A stretch of 64,000 bases of DNA from Lepidodermella squamata (taxonomy: Eukaryota > Animalia > Gastrotricha), in assembly GCA_047495785.1 (NCBI GenBank), contig JBLDXI010000029.1:3038001-3102000 (forward strand), written 5' to 3'. Every line of letters starts with the position of its first letter. Position 1 is the stretch's first letter. The notes under the pieces were generated by a model, which did no database searches, had not been told where the DNA came from, and saw only the letters and a list, made by a program, of their open reading frames with translations. The translations under genes were made by a program, and so were the position numbers. Below are positions 54,143 through 64,000 of this stretch, in pieces.

Positions 54143-55388
54143 TTAATCCAGCTGCCCATTCATTTTCAAAAATAGAAAAAGGTCGATGATAAGCAAAGAG
54201 AAAATTGAGAAGACAATGACTGCCAAGTCGATAAGCCGAACCTTAGTTAGGCGCAACTTGCCGATAGCAACACGCTGCCGGCCCCACTTTGACTTGGCAA
54301 TGTTGCAAGCAATCAGAGCGTAAATCGTCATCAGACAACAATAGAGCACTTTCATAGTAATCATAACGATCAAGTAAACAGTTTGAGACGAACGCGGAAT
54401 CTGGCTGAAAACCAGAGCCAATAGAAATGATATTGCTATAACAACTGTAATGCAATAAGTAGGCCTATCAGGGTGTTTAGGATTCATAATCAAAGCACAC
54501 ATCTGCAAGATTACTGTCGCAAAAAGTGGCAGAAAAATGTTCGCAACATAGTAGTTATACCTTCGTTGCAGGGAAAATTGCATTGAAAGATGGTCGAACC
54601 TCGAGTTTTTGGTTATATTGTAAAACACGGAGTTTCCTATTGAATCCCAGACATCAGTATTAGAAACGAATCTTGCATAGCTAGGAATCGCGAAGCTCGC
54701 CTCTGTTATTTTGATAATCCCTCCGTAATCTCTAGGTTCCAACTCAATCGAGCAATCAAGTCTGTCGTAGGGGAAGTTGCGAATGTCAAAGCCGTAACAA
54801 TACGTCTTAATAGGTTTGAAAATACGGACGTAGCCGTAGACAGGACTCTCTGATGCGGCGTAGAAAATTCGCAGATCTTCGCTGCCTAAAATGTCGCCCG
54901 AATCCATGCCATTCATATGCTCAACAACAGGCCGCCACGATTTTGAAGTGTCACTAAGGACGTATATCGTGGTTTTATTCGACATCGTCGGTACATCGTT
55001 CGTGCTCATTGTTTTGCAACCTGAAGGTGGCAGGTACCAAGTGAGCCAATAGCTCGCGAGAACTGTTAAACTGATAGAAAAAATATAGCTTTTTTCCTAT
55101 GCCGGAATCGGCTCACCTTTGAGAAAGATCGTCAACTTCAATCAATCTGTGCATACGGACATCGATTGAGACGTTGATGGGGAGGTCGGTTAGTCGGCCT
55201 CTGTGCCCAATCTCGACGTCGAGCTCGATTTCGCGCGCAAGAGGACACGCGCTATTGAAGAAAGTGTCGGATATTTCTTTCGTGTAGCTCCGCTTATCGA
55301 TATCATCATACGTATTTTGCAAAAATCCAGATGGCTGCGCAATTGTGAAGTGTACAGCAAAAAGGAAGATGCAAACGCTGATCGACAT
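54143..55388 (-). CDS. Divergent Cys-loop ligand-gated ion channel subunit, copy 2
   Basis: ATG 55388 and the same single short intron (about 55116-55071). Cys-loop CYGFDIRNFPYDRLDC; four TM segments nearly identical to copy 1. Confidence 0.85.
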
Positions 55389-55882
55389 TTTCAGTATGTT
55401 GCAATTTTCAGACTCGAACTGATGCCAACAGGTCGGATGCACCCATTCGAATTTAAGCGAATTAAATACATAATTTAAGCGTAAATATGTTATTATCAAT
55501 TCAGACGGACGATTGCAGCGGCGTTGCCAATGGGCACGGCCGGTTAAAATCGCTGCAAGATACGCTGTGGTGCGTGATATCGTTTCATTAATTATGCAAA
55601 TACTCGTAAATAACAAAAGCTGGATATTTTTCCTGGAGCCATTTGCATGCCAAAATTTTGTTGTTTTTTTACAAATCGTTGCATAGTTAATTAACCAATA
55701 TCAAAATATTGCTACGGATAGGGTTGGAAAAATTGTCATCCAGAGTTCCTAATGCGATTGGGGAAACATGTAGAGATATCAATAATTGTTCTCTCATTAA
55801 TCATTATCATTTATCATTTATCATTTCTCGGCAAATTCTTTTTGGGAAAATGTTGGGGAAAACGGATTTCTGAGGGGTTCTG

Positions 55883-56618
55883 GTGAAAATAAGCCCGGCT
55901 TATATTCGAGTACTATTTCAAAATTTAAGCGTTTTCAGCTAAATAAATTTAAAAGCCCGGGCTTCTAATATGGCCCCGGGCCTATAGCTAAGTACTTTTC
56001 GTTTTTGGCAGAAAATATTCGGAAAATAAACTTGATTCAATTCAAACATCTTCATTCGTCATTTAAACGGACCGCAGCCCATCGCTCGCAGGACAAAATC
56101 ACATTGGAAACATCAAATGATATCAGGCGGCATGTAAAACGGCTTGTAAAACGGTAGCACATCTCCCATGTACCACATGAGTCTCCGAGCTTGAGAGAAC
56201 ACGAGGAGAGAGAGCGCTGTGAAAATCGCCCCATTTTAATACATTAAAATTAATTTCAGTGGAATTTATTAAAAATAAGTTCAAAATGATAATATTTAAT
56301 GCATTAATGTCAATATATTGCTACTTCCGCGCCAGAACAGTGAGCCGGAAATAGAAATGGCGTAATGCATTTGATGCAAAGAAAAAACTGGTGTTCAGCT
56401 TTTTTTCTAGCGATCAGGCACGCGACTGACTTGGCGGAGATGCAAAAAGTTAGTTTTACGCCATTTGTTTCTATTTCCGGCACACTGTTCTGGCGCGGAA
56501 GTCGCGATATAGCCACAGGTTTTGATTTCGATTTTGGTACCGAAATTAAGGCCCACCCCGTTATAGAAGCCCATGGGCTTGTGTTTGAGACCGGGCTTAT
56601 TTTCAGGCAAATACGGTA
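55883..56618. mobile_element. Tc1/pogo-type MITE inserted upstream of channel copy 2
   Basis: Inverted tgaaaataagcccgg / ccgggcttattttca, right end ...aaatacggTA, left tip missing. Absent from the paralogous site near 49630-49645. Confidence 0.7.
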
Positions 56619-58689
56619 AATAGTCAGTTTTCCTGTTTGATGTGCATCAATAATTGACTATCGCTTCCGGCGTGATTTTGCCGATGGGATTGGGGACAAA
56701 TTAGAATAATCAATAATTCTTCCCTCATTCAGCCCTTTTTGATTCGGATAACGTTTGGGATAGATGCGTGATATCTATCACGCATGGATAGATGTATGGA
56801 ATAATGGATATTGGACTATACCACCAATTCTGGTGATTTAACAGGACTTGTGTTGATAGTTTGAAAGACCTGTCATTAGAGCTGTGTTAGAGGTAGCGCA
56901 ACAGAATAGAAAAATAAATTATAAGAATATACTCTTCTCCGTGCGTGTTTTTACTCGAAACAAAGCTAAGCTGGCGTCAACAACTGCTTAATTTCTAATA
57001 ATCTTATCCAACACTTCGATAAGCCTACGTGAGCTAACGCGGGCATTCCTCAAGGCACTGTCCTCGGCCTATTGTTGTTTATCCTATTTTTGATTGCTAT
57101 TGATGCCAAGTTAAATATTAATTCGTCGCTTTATTTTGTTTGCTGATAATAACAACGTTTTCAGACCTATTCTGACCGACGAAGATACACAAATATTGCA
57201 AAGCGATCTTGAAATTAATGGTTGGAAATCTGGCGTTCTTTGCATCGGGAAATGGAGAAAAAAATAATCTTCTTAACACAAGTGTTAGTCATGTGCTCCG
57301 TTATCAAAAGCGTTCGGATGTAATCGTGAGAAAATGTGTACGTACCTATTAAAGCCTACGTCTTATGGGGTCGGTCTTGCTCAAGGCCTCCGAGAAACGA
57401 ACTGCGTTTACGGAGCCCGGATTTCACGTTCGTTTTTGGCTTGAAAAGCTCGTTTGGCTTGACGGGCGCTTGAGAAAATGGACGTGCTGGAATATTAACT
57501 TGCGTGTGCGTGCCATCTTCCACCGAGAGTGAGCTCTCAACCAGCACTGAATACATTTCAAATGCCGAGTAGATGCTGAGTAGTGCAGTAGCCGAGTAGA
57601 TAATGATATCCAGCTTAATTTTCCGTAATTTTTGTCCGTACTTTCCCTGCAAACATATGCAATCAATGCCAAGCTTTGGCCGCAAACTACTGTATGCATG
57701 AAATTTGATGGACAGTTGAGGTGACATGTTGATCAAACGAAGAAATAAGCCAGCCGGAGAAAAAATGTTACGAAATTTCCTGACGTCACGTAGTTGCTCT
57801 GAATATTAAATGTACTGATCATATAGCAAGCCTCTGAATCAATAACAACAATTCTTTCAGCTTGAGTTATAATTTCAGATGGCAATCGCCTTAGCTTTTC
57901 TATTAGTCGCTTCATCATATGTTATCCCGCTAATCCTAACGCAAAGTAAGCAGTTGATCATTCGTAGGTCTCGATAAATGTTGGCTTTATCATTAACTTA
58001 TAGCATGCTCCCCTGCTTGCATGAACGGAGGCACGTGCATCGCGACAAATAGTTGCATATGTCAGCCGAGTTACTCGGAAAAAATCTGCGAAACTCGTAA
58101 GTTTTACTTTTTACCACAGTGGTGTTTTGCCGCTTGAATTTACTTAACATCCCTCGTAGCGGTTTGCGCTGACACATGCAACCCGCCGACTTCCGGCTGC
58201 ACTGCGCCCAATGTCTGCACTTGTTTGGCTCGATTCACTGGCCCTCGATGTTCAGAATGTAAATTTAAAAATCCAGTACGCGAAGTACAGGGGGAACAAG
58301 GGGTACCGTACCCCCAGCTCCAGAGATCCGAGCAAGAAAACTTGGTACTTGGCTTGGCAAATTTCTGTATTTCCCAGCAAAAAGTGTGTTGACTTGAAGA
58401 AGGATCCCAAATTGTGGATATTAGGCTTCTATTCAGGATTTGCTATCTTCAAATTTTTGATCTTTAGGGGGTTCCAATTTCCAATCCTCCTTGAAAGACA
58501 GGTAACCCCCAATTATCTCAAGTCTTGTGGAAATTTTGTATGCTTGCCGAATCTGAGAATAATTTCTGCGAAGTTCTCAGAAGAAACTAAACAATAGGTA
58601 TAGTTTAGTTTATATTATCATCAATTAAATTTGATTTTTTTTCTCATTATTTTCATTTTATTACTCGCGCTACTTTTTTCGTTTCCATT

Positions 58690-59411
58690 ATGGCTTCAAC
58701 TGAAGAAGCAGTTTCTATAAATAACACTAGCGCGCACTTCTCGCCAGTTTCTCCAAAAACTGTCATTGTTGAAACAGCAAGGCGCATTACGCTGCGTTCG
58801 CGCTCAACGGTGATATCGAGAAAAAAGAGACTGAGAAAGCTAAACAAGCTGCTAAACAGAAGAAAAATCGCGATGCGGCAGTCAACAAGCGGCGCGGAAG
58901 GCCGATGAAGAACGCGGATAAAGACTCTGTTTTAGCAGCCGGTCCTCCACTGCCACTGCCGAATCCGTCCGGCTTTCCAACCTCATTTGGTGCGTCCTCA
59001 TCATCGACGTTTCATACGCTATCCACGGGAATGTCCGTTTCTCCCGATTCGGCAGGTACCTCAAACCAAGGTTCATTTGGTTCGTTTGTTTCCGCGCCGC
59101 CAAATTTGCCGCCTGATACAACAGGATTTCAGGCCCCGAATGTGACTTCAATTCAACTGTACTATCAAACCTCGCGTGCAAAAAGACAATGGAACCCGTG
59201 CGAGATGAGCCTTCTTGAATGGGTCATATGGTACTGCAATTCACTGGGTGATAAACCTTCGGAGCAGATGGTCGATGACTTTATCGCTTGGTTCCGCAAT
59301 ACTGGTCGGGGCGATTTTTCAGCTTTGCTGTGCCGCAACTCTAGAGCGATTTCTTACAAAGCCAGCCAAGTCATCAGGGATCGCAAAAAAATAAATAAAA
59401 CTTGTATTTGA
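58690..59411 (+). pseudogene. Frameshifted ORF with AT-hook-like and Myb/SANT-like segments
   Basis: Frame upstream of 58905 is open from about 58775 and reads ...KRRGRPMK. C-terminal KRQWNPCEMSLL...RNSRAISYKA. At least one frameshift separates it from ATG 58690. Confidence 0.45.
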
Positions 59412-59529
59412 AGCGTTTAATTTGATGAAGAAGAAATAAATCATTACTTCAGGTGTTTGCTCCTCACAGCTTTTATTCTCTTATAATTCTTATAATTCTC
59501 GCCAATTTCGAAATCGCAATTAATGTTTG

Positions 59530-60943
59530 ATATTTAACCCATTATTGGTTCGCTCGCGATGCAGGCTGGTAGATTGTTTAGCACATGGCGATCGCAATTA
59601 GCCACAAGTTCAGGTGTAATAATAAACTGCACGAATATGCCTTTCAATGATTTCACTGAAAAATTCACGACGGGTATTTTCTAGAACAGCGCCAACAACA
59701 CGCGCAGCCTCGATAAGCTGGTAGTATTCCAGCCTACGCATAGCTAGTTCGTTTTTTATCGCAGCTTTCACAGCTGAAAAAAACGTTTTCGATAGGGTTC
59801 AAAAACGGCGAATAAGGTGGGAGAAATTTGAACTGATGCAGCTCCCACAGCGGAAAATCGGCGTCAGGATAATGGCTTCTCAAATTGTCCAGAATAATGA
59901 CAGCTTCGTTTTGATGGCCAATTCGCTCGCTAGTTTGCGTGGTAAACGTTGCGAATCGTTCAGCAGTCATGCCCGTTTCAGAAATTTCGTAGCAGACCAG
60001 CCCTCTAACAGTTGACCTTGGGAACGTGAGCTTTCAAAATTGATGAAGTATTAATTGCGAGCCTGTTGTAGAAAAGCCTTGGTCGCCCTTGGAAACCTGT
60101 TCGTACGTCAAAGAAACCGAAATTTCTGGCAATAAAAACAATCAATCGAAACAACATACGAGTTATAGCGGCAAAACCGGAAAATTTTTTATATTTCTTC
60201 GTCAAAAAATTCTAAAAACGAACGATAAAAATTAAATATTTAAATATCAATAATGTGATGATCAATAATGTAACTTGTAACTCTGACTCATGGACCGAGA
60301 GCACCTTCGGGTGGAAGGTCGATAAACAATAAATCTAAAATTTTGCCAACAGGTGAAACTACCACCGCCACAGACATATTTTTGCCGGGAGAAGCTGTCG
60401 GCAGTAAAACATAGGCTCGCTGTCCTTTTGGCGCTCTGCCACGGCTGCGACGAGTCCAGAGCAAAACGCCGAATTCGTCTTGGTAGTAGTGAATTTGGCG
60501 ATTGCGGATATCAGAGAACCAGAGCGCATATGCGGCTCGTTCCAAAATAACATCAGCCCGGTTGCGAGTAGCGGGATACGGGTGAAGACGTTTCATCGTA
60601 ATTAGGGCGCCATCCAATTTTCTGTGCGGATCGTCGTGATCGAAAATTCTGCATTACAATTTTGCAGCAGTCTCATCCTGAGATCCTCCAACGTCAGCTG
60701 GGAGTTTTCTTCGATTGCCCCAACTAAATGTTCAGTAAACTGAGCTTCCCAACGGCGGGGAGCAACTCCTCGATGCTTAGCTTCAATGCGAGCATCGGTG
60801 CGATATGTGTTGATGATATTATACATGGTTCTGTTTGAAATTCCGAGAACCTTTGCAGCCGCATGAAAATCTTCGCCATTTTCGATGGCAGCTACCAACC
60901 TTTCCCTGTCAATATTTGATGTCTTTTTGTACGCTCGCGGCAT
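59530..60943 (-). mobile_element. IS630/Tc1-mariner superfamily transposase, frameshifted
   Basis: N-terminal HTH (AAKVLGISNRTMYNII; LTLEDLR...STTIR), YYQDEFG (D1), IILDNLRSH (D2) and FLPPYSPFLNPIE (E). Frameshifts near 60617 and 59770, plus a ~345-bp interruption at about 60005-60350. Confidence 0.85.
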
Positions 60944-61363
60944 TTAAACGGATATCGAATGAATATTTTTTCAATGGTAAAAAATTTACTGATGTTATTT
61001 ACAACTCCAAGTGAAACGCTGACTTTATCGCTTTTACGGTCGATTTCCGGAAAATTCTCAATGAAAGATAGGAAAAACAGTGAAAAAATGAAAAAATGAA
61101 TACGCAGAAAGAAATTGGCTCGTGCTAAGAAACCATTGTGAAATTTGTTTTGCACATTATGAAAATGCAAATGAAAAAAGGTGTATTATAATTCATTTAC
61201 AAGAAGTTTTACGAGCCTCATATTAATCCTTCGCAAGATTAACTCAGTAGTACAAGAACTCACGAGAGATATTTTTCATTAGTTTACAAAGTTTCCGTAC
61301 TACAAAATATCATCGAGAAGTGCAACATGACCGCAAACAGGTGAAAAGGGGGGTTTAAGTTTA

Positions 61364-61927
61364 CAGTGCGCCCTCCATAAATGCAACCTCTGTTAATGGA
61401 AAACCTCCGTATTTGCAAGCGATTTTGTCTCCCGTTTATTTTATTTGTTAAAAAATTATTTTTCATTAAAATAAAAATTTTAGTTTGATAATTTTTATTT
61501 ACGGTGAAAAATTAGGCGTCGTTAGCAACAAATTTCAGCGCTGCGGGCAGCTTTCTAGCTTTTTTACTTGACGGTCGCGCGGTGTTATCTCACCCAAACA
61601 CCCAACCTCTCGATCTTTACAGACCATTGTTTTTTATAAAGCTCATTGATATTTCGAATCAACAAAATCGTGCGCACGCGATTTGTCGAGTTTTTGCTTT
61701 TACAAATACTACAACCCATTCAAATCAATGAATTTTACTAAATTCGTTCCGGCTTATCTTAAAACATGGCTAACCAGTAAAATCATCGTCGCCTTAGCAA
61801 CTGAGAAAAAAACTTAGCGACGCTCTTATGATTCATCGCTAGCTCTTTAACAGCCCTCCATAAATGCAACCCTCCGTAAATGCAAACGCGTGTCTCCCGA
61901 GCCTTTGCATTTGTGGGGGGCGCACTG
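61364..61927. mobile_element. pogo/Tigger-like MITE
   Basis: TIRs cagtgcgccctccataaatgcaa / ttgcatttgtggggggcgcactg with TA TSD. The empty site is visible in the paralogous repeat near 53340. Confidence 0.85.
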
Positions 61928-62165
61928 TACCATAATTTCCAGAAAATCACAAATAGAGTGTTGGCTTGAATGGAGTGACTTGAAGATTTAACCAGATTCT
62001 TAGCCAGGCATGGCTAGCGAGGCACGATAGGGGGCGTTTCCTCATCGCTTAATTATACATACCACCCAACCATATTCTTAAGTACCTTAATGAACTTCAA
62101 AAACCCAGATTCAAATTTTCAAATTTTCCCGTTGGAGAAGGTCATTTCAGAGATATCAATATTAA

Positions 62166-64000
62166 GACAATGTTGGGGATTTGATTTGATATCAAAATCA
62201 AAATCAAATCTCGCTCCCTCTAAAATCATTTCCTGCTCCCAAAATCAAATCTCAAAACACTGAAATCAAATCCCAAAATCGTTGAAATCTCTGGAAATCA
62301 TGTAAGCTTCGCAGTCTGACTGCGACGAGGAAGATAGGCAGAGAGCTGCCGAAGCATCACGCATTAAACCGCCGCCGAAAAATTCGAAAAAGCAGCAAGC
62401 TGCCTCATCGTCACCCAAAGAAGCATTTGACGTTGAAGAAGAATCTAATTCTGGCAATAACGGGAATGATAACAAAAAATGGACCGATGAACGGGTGTTG
62501 CAGCGATTGCATTGTTCAAGCCAAAGAAATCCATGATCGATAAGGGGAAGGTGAAGGCGATGCCGATCTATAATAAAATCGGCCGGGAATTGTCAACCAA
62601 CGAAGTTAATGTTACCGGACCTCAGGTTAAGTCGAAGCTTCTCGCCCTTAAAGCTTCTTTGACAAGCTATAACACCGCAACCAGCAAGACTGGCTCTCAG
62701 GCCGACGAAATCGAGGAACCGCCATTTTATGAGCAGCTGAAAGATTTGTACGAAGATGACCCTTCCGTCAAACCCGTGACAAACCTGGCTCCAGGTGGCG
62801 TTGTACGCAACGACGATGACGACTTTGCGTCGGAAAAGGAGGAAGAGTCGCAGTCAAAGAAGAAGTCTCGAAAGAAACCCAAGCAGCCGGAGATGACCCC
62901 TTTTCAACAAAGCTTTCTCGAGGAATTCAAACAAATCGAAAAGCGCCGGGCGGACCAATACGACAAACTTCTGGCGATACTGGAAAAAAATGCATCGAGC
63001 GAACAGGGCACTCCGAAGCGTTCTCGTTCTGTCATTATTCAGGATGATTTGGATCTTCCGGATATTCCGGAACCTGATAGCTGAATCTTTGAATCGTGAA
63101 TGAGAAGATCTGTTGTACTAGAAGCAATTCGAGTGATAATAAATGCGGAAGAGTTTTAATCTCAACTATATGAAATGAGGTGTATATTTTTATGTTTAGG
63201 TTCATTTTACCAAGCATTATTCGTAATGAATCCCATAGCGCTATTCATGGCGGCTAGTTATTTCCTGGGATCTTGTGCGCCAGCTGGTCTGATTTCTGAG
63301 GCATTACAGACGAAGAGGCAGCGGCGTAAACATTACCGTGTCCTTGGCTATTATGAAAGGGTAGTTCCCAACTATGATCCAGACGACTTTATCCTGCATT
63401 TTCGAATGACTCGTCGAAAAGCTGTGCAGCTGACCAATTTCCTCGTCAAACAAGGAATAATCATCTCCAATTTAGCCAAACGCCGACGTGGGCGGCCTCC
63501 GTTACCACCGCATGCAAAGGTATTGATGGTACTTCGATATCTTGGTACGAACGAAACCCTAGCAGCTATTGGTGACAAATGGAATGTTGCTACTTCGACC
63601 GTTTGTAATGATGTATACTAAGTCTGTCGTGGTCTATCCAGGTTTCAAAGTCGTTTCATACGATGGCCAAATCATGCTGAAATCGATGAAATTTCAAATC
63701 GCGTGTACGAAAAAACCGGGTTTTCTGGCTTCGTAGGAGCAATAGATGGGACTCACATTCAAATATCCGCGCCTACGAATCAAGGACATGTTTACACCAG
63801 TTACAAGAAGCAGTGCTCACTGCATATGCAGGCTGTTGCTGACGACCGTGGTCGTTTCATCGATGTGTTTATTGGTTACCCTGGCTCCTGCGGCGATCGG
63901 CGTGTTTACAATGAATCGCTGCTAAAGGAAGCGATACGAAACGATTCTAAAACGTTTTTTCCCAGCAACAAGCATCATTTAACAGGAGATAGTGCTTATC
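62166..64000 (+). mobile_element. PIF/Harbinger transposon (runs off the window end), decayed
   Basis: Myb/SANT(MADF)-like ORF at 62300-63084 (KKWTDER...TGPQVKSKL...TGS...PFYEQL; stop at codon 2 and a frameshift). Transposase from ATG 63226 (HFRMTR, LRYLGT, GAIDGTHI, QAVAD, GYPGSCGD, LTGDSAY; frameshift near 63615). Starts right after TTAA, where homology to the paralogous flank ends. Confidence 0.9.

Noticed and set aside
57356-57918. Several minus-strand ORF fragments with coding-like composition
   Set aside because: Probably a decayed element, but no diagnostic motif could be identified.

Overview
AT-rich animal (invertebrate) genomic DNA. Genes have many short GT-AG introns (about 45-60 nt, often with TTTCAG/TTTTAG acceptors), so most real genes are split across several entries of the ORF track; I rebuilt exon chains by hand. 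The one clearly conserved housekeeping gene is a 7-exon bifunctional PAPS synthase (10226-13335). The rest is mostly small local gene families. (i) Three Cys-rich secreted-protein genes share a C-x5-C-x6-C-x6-C module (0.9-5.8 kb); one is apparently disabled. (ii) Four co-oriented genes encode an unrecognised secreted protein family with a C-x9-C-x5-[FY][YF][LI]W core (13.7-28.2 kb). (iii) A tandem array of three pseudokinase-ankyrin fusion genes has ankyrin arrays that vary in repeat number and at predicted binding-surface positions (34.1-46.0 kb); this is the best candidate for an undescribed variable-receptor system. (iv) Two tandem atypical Cys-loop receptor subunits diverge mainly in their ligand-binding loops (47.9-55.4 kb), and a third repeat unit starts at about 61.3 kb. 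Also present: a METTL24-like methyltransferase, two orphan single-pass membrane proteins, decayed LINE, piggyBac, IS630/Tc1 and PIF/Harbinger elements, and several MITEs with visible TIRs and TSDs. No database search was possible; family assignments rest on motifs read from the sequence.
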